Assembly: GCA_905178155.1 (NCBI GenBank)
Contig: CAJINV010000001.1
Span: 7,199,794-7,263,793, forward strand
DNA length: 64,000 nt
Origin: Amoebophrya sp. A120
Taxonomy: Eukaryota > Protista > Dinoflagellata
Direction of reading: 5' to 3'
Positions within the stretch are counted from its first letter, which is position 1. Each line of letters opens with the position of its first letter. The position numbers and the translations under genes are program-made. The notes under the pieces are model-generated. The model was not told the origin of the DNA and did not search any database. It saw nothing but the letters and a program-made list of their open reading frames with translations. This document shows positions 35,601-46,423 of this stretch, piece after piece.

Positions 35601-38600
35601 TGCCCAATCGCAATCGCCGCTTTGTTATTCGGTCGGCTAAAACCAGCGTGCCGTAGGAAAGCTCGGGGTGCTTACCGGCAGCGGAATTCTTCTCCTGCTC
35701 TTCGGCGTTCAGATTCAGGCCGACCTGCAGGGGCGCGAGGTACAACGGGTTGCCACTGCTCACTACTTTCGCGTCGACCAGGAACTCCGGAAGGGAACCA
35801 ATGCGGAGATGCACGTGATCCGTCATGGTGCCGGGCAAATCGGAGTAGCAATAGCAGTCGATAACCTGTTTATTTTGCAATAGCAATGCCAATGGGGAGA
35901 TACTGGTACGGATAACTTTTAACTACAGTGTGGTGGGAACAAGAATGAACATCAACCGTTTCTATCTATGTATGTATTTTCCCGCACAAAAAACAGCACC
36001 TGGTCATAAACATGTTTTGTTTATACCTGCATGCCAAAAGCCTCAAGTCGGCCGCTCGATGGCTCCAAAGCGACCGCAAAACCGAGCCCGTATTTGAGGT
36101 TTAGCGATCCTGCGGCCTTGTTCAACTTTTCCATCGCGTACTCCTGGCCCATGGCACTGGAGAACACCTGCGTCTCGTGCTTGTCGTCGAGGATGAATTT
36201 TTCGGCGCTGTTTTTTCTTTTGCCCGACGCCGGGCGGTTCTGGAGGCTGGTTTGACCCTCTTTCGGCGGTGCCACGTAGGCCTTGTATTTGCCCATATGT
36301 GCGGCCCAATCGGCGGGGATGCCCGTGCGGTTGTACAGCAGAAGTCGCAAGTGCCGCTTTCCCAGCAGGGGCATGCTGCCGAAGTCGAGCGCTTTGGTGT
36401 CGGCCGTCGGGCCCTGGCTCCTCTGGGACCCCCGGCCGCTGCGCAAACTCGCGCCGGTCCGACGACTGCTACTGGCGGCGGAGGTGAAGCTAACGGCGGA
36501 TGTGGACCCGCGCGTCAGCGCCCCAGAACGGGACTGTGACCGCGTGAACATGCCCGTGCCGCTGCGGCCCACCTGCATAAAACCGGTCACCTGTGGCAAG
36601 TCCAGGTCCTTGTACACCGGATGGCAGGCGGTCGCACGAATCTGCTTCTCGGTCAGCATCGCCCGGGGGAGTCTGAGGTACGGGATCTCCGGCCACTTCT
36701 CTTCCAGAGGGGATTGGACCAGGTAGTCCACTTCTAAACCAAACACCACTGCGGTGACGGTGATTCGGAGCGGCAACGGCTGCCCCGCCACCTCCACCAT
36801 CACGTCCACGCGGGTTTCCTTGCTTTGGCGTGCCGCGAGCGCGACGCGCGGCGTCACGCGAACCTCCATCTCGATAAAGGATTCCGGCCCGATCTGGTCC
36901 AACTTGCTCATGGTTTCCACGCCGGAGGCCGACACGGACTTGGGGGTCAGCGAAACCTCCAGCGGCTGGTCCGCGCCGGGGAGTCGCCACTTCAGCGGAG
37001 CCACCACACCAGCCGTGTTTTTCAGGCGGAGCGTGAACACCTCGTCGCTTATCTCACCGGTGTAGGTGATGGCGAAGTGGAAATGGCTCTTGCTGCTCAC
37101 GACACGAGGCCGCTGGACGCTGGCCAGGACCTGAATCCACTGGTTACCTGTTGTATATCATAATCATACGTTGACATGCGTAGAAGTTCATTCGTGCTGC
37201 ATGAGAAGTCGCGTACGCAGGGTCAGGGAAATCAGTGCTGATGCCTACTTTCCTACTTGGAAGAAATCTCAGTACTGCTCGTCGGCGCGCCGTAGGTGAG
37301 GACTTTCGCCAGCTCATCGACGGACTCTTCGTTCCGTGCCCGCAGAGTCACGAAGACGTCTCTCTTCCCGTTTGGTGGCAGCAACAGAAACTGCGGAAAG
37401 AAGGAAACCTTGTCCGTCTGTGGATTTGATGTCGATACGAGGCTGTGCTCCCAACTGTCCTGACCGCCTTCAGAGAAGAGCGTTTTGCCCGCCACTGCGT
37501 TTTGGAATTCCTTGACGACCGCGGCGAAGCTGCTCCAGACGCTGTAAAAATCTGACTTGTCACGCTCATACTCCTCCAGCGAAAGTTCATTCCCCCGTTG
37601 CACCATGGCGTTTGGCCGAAAAGCGGACGCGACACAGAATTGCTGGCTCGTCGCGCGGTCGCAGGTTCTCAATTTCACGACCGTTGGCAAGTCCGTCGGA
37701 TTGAAGATCTCCATCTTCAAGTTGTGCGTCTCCTTTGCGAGCACGATACCGAAGTCTAGCACCGCGCAGTTTCGAAACACCGGCTTAGGCGCACGCACCG
37801 GGGCGATCACGCGGAACGGAAAAACCGCGTCCCCAATCTCAATTTCTACCAAAGCGTCCAAGTCGCATTCTACGGCTGCGCGGAAGAAGAGCTGCAAGTC
37901 CACCTTGCCTTTCGCGGGGATTTCCCCGTCGCCGGGCGTGATCCCGAGCACGGCCAGCGCACCAAACCCCTCGTCGGGCAACGTGGTTGCGGCAAGGACG
38001 CTGCTGGACGTCGTATCCTCGAGGGATTGCGTTCGAAAGGGCTCCAAATCTTTTTCCTTCTGCAACTTGAACTCGCGCTTGGTTTCGACCGCCGCGTCGT
38101 GGCTGCTAAACACGATTTCCGCGCGCTCCTCCGCGGTGAGGAGGTCCTTCAGCGACTTGTGGGTTTCCTGCATGTATTTTTCGTAGTCACCGCTCTTCCT
38201 CAGGTCCTCCTCTTTGTCGAACTGCGTCATGCTTTTCCCCAGCTCGTCCAGCTCCATGTCCGGGCTCTTCCGGATGGGGTCATCCGGGTACGCAAGCAGG
38301 TCGCGCGCCTCCGACCGCGCGGTTCCCTCAAAGTTCGGCGCGTCGCTGCCATGTTGCCCCGCAAAAGTAGCGGTATTTGCACCTCCAGATGGGTCTTTTG
38401 AGAAGCTCGATTTGCTTTTTGAGCGTGGTGACAAGTGCTCCGCGTCGGTGGCAAGGTTGGAATGGTGGAGCGGAAAGAGTTCGCCGTCCTCCGTCGGCTT
38501 CGACGCATAGGGGTCGGCGCGCAGCGTCGGGGGCAACGGCGGCCACTGCTCGTCGTACCATGCCGCGAGTTTCTCTAGCTTCTCCCACCCTTCGCTGGTC

Positions 38601-41600
38601 TCGAGGTAGGGCCTCTCGGTGTCCCGCGCCCCGTCGGTTCCACTCCCGACGATCCAGAGAGCGTCGTGGTAGTCCGTTCGAACACCCTTCGAACCTCGGG
38701 CGTTTTCCCGTTTGCGAGCGGTCGTTCGGACTCGGTACTTCATTACCTGCGGACGATGATGCAAGGACAAGGAGGATTACAGTAGTAAATTGGCTTGCAG
38801 CACGACCTGCTCTAACTTCGAAGGTTTCGACGAATGCAAAAGAGAACAATGACGACAGCCAGGAACAGAGAATGCATCCCGATATGAATTTTTTTGCCGG
38901 CGCGTCTACATATCTTCTGGGCAACAAACAAAGACATCTTGAGTACTTACCTGAGACCCCGAGTTCGACAAGACTACCGTGCTTCTGTGCGTAAGAAAGG
39001 GTGCGGGGTCGTTCGCGAACGTGACCACGCTGGGCGACATGGTTACTTGCGGCGGGGTCTGGGCTCCCATCAAGTTTACGGCGTACATGAGGCACACGCT
39101 CGTGCGCACGGGCTCCGTGGGGGCGATCAACTTGTAGTCCTCCTTGGAGACGTCGATTGCCAGAGGGTTCGCCTCGGTGCTCGGCAGCCCCGCCATGGAC
39201 AGCCGCTCGTGCCACTTGTTCGCGGCGAGCGGAAGCCCGGGCGTGTAGCCCTCGGGCTGGAGCGAAGACTGCATGCTGAGCTGCTCCGAGGTGGAAGAGC
39301 ACGCCTTTTCCCGCTTGCTTTCCACGACGCACAGGTATGCAAAACAGTTATGCGACACCTCCCGTTTGTTCACGCTCTTGGTTTGCAGGGGCGTGTAGAC
39401 GAACTCGAACCTTTCCTGCGAAAACGGAGGCAACACGGCAGTTTCCGCCGACACGCGGAAAGGGGCATCGCTCGTGGGGATTTCTGTCCAGGTCGTCATC
39501 GATTCGAGCAGCTCCTGATCGAGGGTGGCCAGCTTCCCCTGCGCAACCGCCTGCGCCACGGGGGGCGGGGGCTCTACGAAGATCCATTGCACCGTGATGG
39601 GGAGGTGGCTGCCGTTGCTGCAGACGAGGTACTTGGAGAGCGATTCCTCCGCTGGGAGCTGGATTTGAAACCGCAGCTGCCACGGAGCCACGCTCCACAC
39701 GTCCTCACCTGTTGATTTGATGTTGCGTGTTCAAGTTCAGTGCCCTTTCCACCGGATCCCAGAAATTATACGGCGCCGAGTAGTGCAGAAGAAGTAATTT
39801 TGCAATGAATTCTCTAAAAGAAACCACTTGGACAGGCGAAAATCGGAAACCGAGACAGAATCGTACTAATATTATAGATACTTGCATGAGAAAACGGCTT
39901 AGATTTTGCTGGCGACGACGGGCGCACGGGTCGTATTACGCCGTCGTCCGCTTGGTCCTGGATTGCTAGCTTTTTCGTGGCGATAGAACTGCTCGTACGT
40001 TCGTGGTCGTCCTTCGCACCTCCACCCGCTGCCGCTGCACGGGACAAACTCGGCGCGAGTTCCTTCGCGAACCCGGTGAGTTCCACGCGGAGCGTGTCTA
40101 CCAGCACCTCGATCGACCCCTCCATAGAAGTGTAATTGTTGGCCTCGAGCAGGAAGGGCAAGTTGGTCGTCCCGATGGCGACGCTAGCGTTGTCCTGGAA
40201 AAGCACGGTGATCTCGCAAATCTGGTCATGTTCCAGGTAGAAACTCGCCGGCGATATACGGAACGCGCCATGGACGAAGGTTATCCTTTCTGGGTTGGAG
40301 ACATCGTAGTACGGCCCGGAGATCGTCTTCCCCGTTAAAGTGGTGTCTATTTTTGTAGTGCGAAAGGAGGTAGATGTGAACATTGCATTCTGGTATCCTA
40401 CGCTCAAAGAGACGACTTCCAAAATCAACATTTTCAATTTGTTTTTGTTCCCATTGCAGAACAATGATGTCGAAAGAACAACAACCGATCTACAAATAAA
40501 ACCGTACCTGTCCTCGTTCCCGTCAAAGCCGACCCCTGTGAGGTCGGTGCCGTTTGTGGCGGGGGCGCCTCCGGTGGCAGTCCGTCCTCCTCCCCAACCT
40601 CGGGTGAGATGAAACGGAACGCGCCCTCGCCGCCCACGTTTTTCACCGTGATTGTTTTCTGCAGCATGCCCCCAGCGAGTACGTAGCCCATTTGAATCGG
40701 ATTCTCGTCCATTTGCAGTTCCGGCTGGAACCGCCGGGCGGCCAGAGGGATGCCAAATTTGCCCTGCTCGGTCTGAACATACAACACGTCGCTGACGTCG
40801 TTCAGGTCATGTGGCGAAAACCACACAGAAAGGTACGCTTTCATACCGGGCGCAATGGACGCGTCCCGACCGACGTTTTTGTTCTCGTATGTCAAGCCCG
40901 TGGACACGGAAAACACCGAAGTTTCGAAGGGAACGAGCCTGATTTTTTAAATTCCAAAGCGTAAGCGACACCGTCTGACTCTGACAGCTGACACATCAAG
41001 GAGCTCTACTTCTACTACTACTTCGGCATCGGCTCACACAGAGGTGCATTAATATCCGTAGTCACAAAAGGCTGCAGAGGCCCCCTCTGCGAAAGTCCCG
41101 CATGGAAAATGAATCGCAGCAAACTAGGCCGTGTTTCAGGACTTATTGTACCTTAGTCTTCTTCCCAAACCCTCGCAGTTGAGAAATTCGATTTTTATTT
41201 CGTAGACAGAGCCAAGCTCGTAGCCCTCAAAAGTGACCTCGCGCGGGGTGATCCGGAAGGGGCACTTGCCCTCGTCCCGGGGCACGTATCGCGGATTTCG
41301 CAGGAAGTCGGTGGGAATGGTCATGCGTCGCAGAATCTGTGCGTTCTGCTCCCGTTCCGACGCTGGAAGCACTTTTGGACGAGGACGCTTGGGCCGGGTG
41401 GCTGTGTTTGTTTTTGCAAAAACAACGTCCAATTTGCTAAAGCTCAAAATTGTGTATGGGTCGTACTGTCTACCGATATTAAACTGCTTTGTTAATAAGT
41501 ACTCACTACTCAGGCTCAGCCTTACATTTCATCAAAAACAAAAATTCGTTCCATACTGTGCCTGTTCTGCAGTTCTTTTCGTTGTTCCTCCGTGTACACT

Positions 41601-42693
41601 TTCGTGATTCCTCGCACCTCTTTTCGTATCGCCAAACTGGCCGTGTTCTTGTAGTACGTTGGTGCCTCTGGTTTCGCTTTCAACAGGTAGTTTGGATGCT
41701 TCTTTTTCGCGCCGATGGCAATGGCCTGCTCCGTTTCCACGGGGATGACTGCATTGTGGGGATCGAGCAGCTTGTCGCGCTCGATGCGATCCTGGTCCAG
41801 GTTGTACATGGTTTCCCCAACCGGGTACTGGTGTTTTATCGTCAGCCCTTGCGACAGCAAATAATCCTCGATCTCCAGGTCCTCGTGGTGGGCCTGCGCT
41901 TTCTTATGGGTGTGTCAGGATCGAAATCGACAAAATCGAAAAAATTGTGATGCGTAAAATCAATGTAGCGCACTGGCGGCCTGTATTGGGGAGCAGGCAA
42001 ATGAGACCGATTGTAAGCCTTAGCCTGTTTAGGGGTATAGAATGTGCTGCCAGAGTAGCATGACAGGAGCAGTCTTCTTTCCCCAAACAGCATTGCAAAC
42101 TGGATTTTGGTGCTCCCGAAATTTGTCATGCGCCACTTGAAAGCTGAGGCTTCAACTGGTATCGATTTTGTGCATCGCAAATTTTTCGACTTTGTCAATT
42201 TCGATTCTGACACTTCCATATTTCTGTGCGAGGAGGTACTCCTGCACGTTGTCGATCCGCTTCTCTTCTGCTTTGAGCGCGTCCGCGCCCTTCTTAATGG
42301 CCTCCTTCTCTGCCGTGACATCCACATCCTGGAGCGCCCTCTTCGCCTCCGGCGAGAGCGGCGGGGCCTCGGGAGGCTCATCTGGAGGGCGTGCGTGGGA
42401 CATCAAGGGTAGCCATGATAGAGATAGATAAGCCTACTCCAACTCGCATGAAAATGAAGGTGACAAAGACAACAAGAGAGACATGAAATCACAAGAAAAA
42501 ACAGGCATGCGACTTCCGAAAAAGGCACTAGCATACGTCCAGCGAGCTGCGTCCGTGCGAGATTGACGGAGTTGTCCGGGTAGAGGTCGTCAAAGACCAA
42601 CTCCAGCTCATTGGCCACACTTCCCTTCGCCGGCTCGTAGAACGGAGGCTCCTCCACGGGGGCCTCCGGCTGCTCCTCTTCCTCCTCTGCCAT
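32659..42693 (-). CDS. DLEC1: DLEC1/FAP81-like axonemal central-apparatus protein with ASH/Ig-like domains, many exons
   Basis: Segments FLRNPRY, FRITPREVTFEGYELGSVY, IAPGMKAYLSVWFSP, ITVKNVGGEGAFRF, and C-terminus FICTGTGSYDEEDD...TAG at 32659-32661. Mostly GT/GC-AG introns plus two TIR introns. Confidence 0.8.
33718..34059. mobile_element. Introner-like TIR element, family B (342 bp), in DLEC1
   Basis: TIRs of about 50 bp: TATCAAGAAGAAAAATCCCCCCTCCCCATATCAAAACGGAA ... TTCCGTTTTCGATATGGGGAGGGGGGATTTTTCCTTACGATA. TSD AGGGT at 33713-33717 and 34060-34064. Removal gives LKHKEVVTLLVEFVPP. Confidence 0.92.
41905..42220. mobile_element. Introner-like TIR element, family C (316 bp), in DLEC1
   Basis: TIRs of about 60 bp: TATGGGTGTGTCAGGATCGAAATCGACAAAATCGAAAAAATTGTGATGC ... 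GCATCGCAAATTTTTCGACTTTGTCAATTTCGATTCTGACACTTCCATA. TSD TTTCT at 41900-41904 and 42221-42225. Removal gives YLLAQKAQAHHEDLEIEDYLLSQG. Confidence 0.92.
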
Positions 42694-43822
42694 CGTGCGG
42701 AGATCTCAGGACCTCACTGGCTCTGTACAACGATATCCGACATGTTGCAGAAGCACGATTCTTGATAATTCCGGATTGACCGCCGGGTTGTTCGGTTCCG
42801 TTACGGATGCCGACAGGGGCGTGCAAGGGATGCTGGATGCCGACAGCAGGGTCTTTCGAAGGAGGACACTTCCAATCCACTGGCCGGCTCGCGGAGCAGC
42901 AAAACCAACGTCAAATCATCAATTATGTTTGTATGGCTTGTTCGAAACTTTCGTACTCTGCCTTCCCTAATGTACTAAACCTCACCACATCGTGTTTGCG
43001 ATTTGTGTGAGTAAGCACGAACACGATCACGGCACCTTTAAAGAATGACGAATCGCTCCCAGTCAGACAACTCGCTCGATACACCAATAAACTCCACCAA
43101 GATTTTTCTGCAGAAGATCTGTGTCACGACGGTACATTTTCCATGCTCTCGATGACGGACGACGAAGTTGGTAACGCATCCATTTCGCTCTCGAATGGAC
43201 GACGACGAAAAGAAAAAATTCTTTCAGACAAAAGGAAGCACAACGAAAAGCACGGCAACAGAGAAATCCCAGGGTAGGAAGCCAGGGGACGAGAAAATCG
43301 TCCCGATTGCGTAGTCAGAGGTGTATTAGCTCAAGCAATTTTTCCAACGCTAAGGTTCAACAAGATTGGAATTCGTGCCGCCCTGCCCTCAAGACTAATA
43401 TCAATTTCAATATCTTAGCCTAGACGCGACAAACTTCCGGTACAACTACATTGCTCAGTCATAAGGTTGTCTCAATGCTGAGCTAAGAGCTATCAAGAAC
43501 TTCGTGCGGGTTCGTTTGCATTTCATAAAATTCAGTTTGGTGGTCTCCGCGCCCTACGCAAGTCGGTGCCAACCCAGGGACGCGTTTTGTAGCGGATTTT
43601 TCTGTTTGCTATAGTAACAGGCGTTTGATTTCAAGGAAGGATAAACGTAAACTGGTTTCAAACAATAATTTCTTGCTGAGCGTCGATAAAACTGTTTTGG
43701 TTTCGATAATCTGTTGTCATATTTGCTATATCCATTCTAGAGTTATTGGTTTCGGTTTGGTCAATAGTGTCATGGTAAACAGGCCATTGTGAAGTTAGTT
43801 GTTTCTGAGAAGTTGTCTTACT

Positions 43823-46191
43823 TTACTGGTGGAACGGACCCCCAATTTCATGGAGATCGAAACTTGCAACTAAGTTGCCAAAGACTTGCGCGACCCATAT
43901 TCGCGAGGGTCGCGACAGCTTCAACGTAAGCTGCTCTGTGAGCGCGCCTGTGAGTGTGACGCGCCCAACTTTGAAACCAACAACAGGAGGACAAGCTGCG
44001 GAACGGTGCGACGCTTTTTGTGCATTTTCATACTGTTTCTCACGTTTAGTGCCAGGAACCAATGCCCGTTTGCTTTGAAATCAAAACACGACCCGAATCC
44101 GGACAATTGGCCGCTCCAACCAAAGCTGCCTATTGTCGAGATTCAGACCGGGCGTAGGTTGTTTTGGGTGCCGCCTTCGCTGCTTTTTCGTTATAGATAC
44201 CCAGAAAAAAAAACGCGCCCGCCGCTAATCAGCCCGCCCGACCGCTTCGCGCAGCGGCGGCCAATGCCGAAAAGGCCGCCGAGCCTGATACCCCAAAAAG
44301 ACCGGCAGGCCGTACGGTCGGAGGGGGCGCGCCGGCCAGCCCGGGCGGGCGGCGTTGGGCGCTAGGGGTGGCGCGCTGGTTCGCCCTTTCCTTTGTCCGG
44401 AATAGCCCAAGGCGCCCGCGCGCACAGCTCGTCGGAGCCCCCCCTGGCGGGTGGCCGGCGCAACCGATGGGCCTGGAGCGTGCGGCCGCGGCGCGCCGGT
44501 AGAAATCACGAACCAACGCCGTGGGCCGCCGGGGCGGGCGAGGGGGCCGGCCGCGCCCAGGCCGGCGGCGCCAGCGGGCGCGGCGTGCTTAGCAAGCAGC
44601 CGGGCGGCCAGGCGGGAAGCGCGGCCGGCCATACCATGGGCGCTGGGGCGTGATACTTTTTGGCAGGGCGGGCACGCGGGCGAGGCTTTTCGCTTTCGCC
44701 ATCGCGGCAACCTGCGTTAGCAGTACCATCGGCGCCAGGGTGTGATACTTTTTACCACGGCGGCACCATGGGCGAAGAAAACCACCAAAAGTCAGGAATT
44801 TACCCCCCTTCCCAAGTTCGGCCGGCGCCTTCGGAAGGCGCCGCCGCTTTTGCGACTCGCGAATCGGCTCCGTCAGCTCGTGGACAGGCCTCAGGAAATG
44901 GCCCAAAACTGGGCACGCCCGCGGGCGGCCGGAATCGCAACAAAAACTTGAAATAAACTTGGAATAAACTTGCAAGCCGGGTCGCGTGCTTGGAAGCCGT
45001 CGCAAGCTAGCCCCGGTGGTATGGTGGACGGGGCCCTTCAGATTTTGGCCCAAAAACGTCGCCAGATCCAAGTTTTTTTCGCCTGCTGCCGAGATGCTTC
45101 GGCGGAGGTGGCGCATTTTCGCCAACACTTTCCCCGGGTTGCAAGTTTGAACGCCGTAGCAGCCTGGCAAAAAGTATCACAACCTAGAGCCCACGGCATG
45201 GTCGGCGCCGCTTTCGCCATTTTCGGCCTCCGTGGACTCATCCTGGCAAAAAGTATCACACCCTAGAGCCAATGGTATGGTCGACGCCGGTTTTGCGTGT
45301 TTTTTTACATCCATGACAGCACCGCGGCAAAAAGTATCACACCCTCCGGCCGATGGTGTGACACTTTTGATTTTCTTCATTTTCGAGACCGGATCGAAGG
45401 AACCCGTGCAAACACGGCGCGCAAGCACGGGCCGCCTGCCCACACGCGTGGGCACCCCTATGCATACAAGCCTAGGGGCCCAGATGCTGCTTGCGCAGAG
45501 TCGCGCGGGCCGCGGGGCTTTGCGTATTATAAAAGGGCATCCGGGGGGACCCGGGAAGGACGGCCCGCTGCGCCGCCTGTGCCGGCAAGCCCTCCGAGTG
45601 GGGCCGCTTCGGCACTACAAAAAGGCCTCGCGAGAGCCAGAACCCCACCAGCCCGCCAAGCGCGGGCACCCAGGCAGCCGGAACCCGTGCGAAGCAGGGA
45701 TTTTGAACATCCCCGCGAGCGGCGCAACCAATGCATCGAGGCGGCCCCCACCTAAATGAAGAAGAGCCGCGCCCCACGACCGTCTAGTTCGTGCGAAATG
45801 CTGCCCCATTTCTGCGGAAAATATCTGCCCCTAGTCGAACGCATAAAGTTTTGAAAATGGCGCGCCTTCGCGTGAAAATTATGCACGACTATTCCTGCGG
45901 CACAGATTTGGATTTTGGCGCGCTATAAAATGAAAAAAAAGCCTCCCGATCGAGTCCTTGGATTTTTAATTTGCGCCCGCCCTTCACCTAACTTAGTTTT
46001 TCAAAATCGCCGCCGCGATTGTTATTTTTAGAAACCGGAAATCGCGTCCGTTCCGTGCCTTTTTTTTGTCCTCCGGTCGCCCCTCTTGATTTCTGCTTTT
46101 TGCAATGCCATAAATCAAAAATGCTCAAGTTTTTTTAAGGTTTTTTTCAAGTTTCTTCTTCTCCTGTTTTGGGGGCCCGTTACTGGAGTAA
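43823..46191. mobile_element. 2369-bp non-autonomous TIR element with 5-bp TSD, intergenic
   Basis: Left TTACTGGTGGAACGGACCCCCAATTTCATGGAGATCGAAACTTG versus reverse complement of right end TTACTCCAGTAACGGGCCCCCAAAACAGGAGAAGAAGAAACTTG. TTACT flanks at 43818-43822 and 46192-46196. GC-rich interior with no recognisable transposase. Confidence 0.7.
44630..45370. repeat. Five copies of a 40-45-bp repeat with core GGCAAAAAGTATCACACCC in fold-back arrangement
   Basis: GTGATACTTTTT at 44650 and 44742. AAAAAGTATCACA with the core GTATCACA at 45174, 45253 and 45334 (about 80-bp period). Confidence 0.8.
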
Positions 46192-46423
46192 TTACTGTAC
46201 CTCGAAATCTGAAATGAGTCGTCAGCCTCACGTACGACCTCTTATCCTTTGTTCTACTTTTCTACTGCGCCAGTGGGTCTTTTTGCAGGATAAGCATGTT
46301 GCAGTAGAAGTGTCATCTGATTAGGTTTTTATACAAACTCACGAGCAGCGTGCTGTCGTGGTCGTCAATTCGTTTTCAGTATTCAAATGTTGTCCTGCTT
46401 GTTATTGTTCCAGTACGACCTAT

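Noticed and set aside
41450-41560. TATGG...CCATA with CACAG/CACAA flanks inside a DLEC1 intron
   Set aside because: TSD-style excision runs into a stop codon, while a GC-AG intron restores the frame.
43823-45809. Overlapping Arg/Ala/Pro-rich ORFs as a possible transposase
   Set aside because: No catalytic or DNA-binding motifs; typical spurious ORFs of GC-rich DNA.
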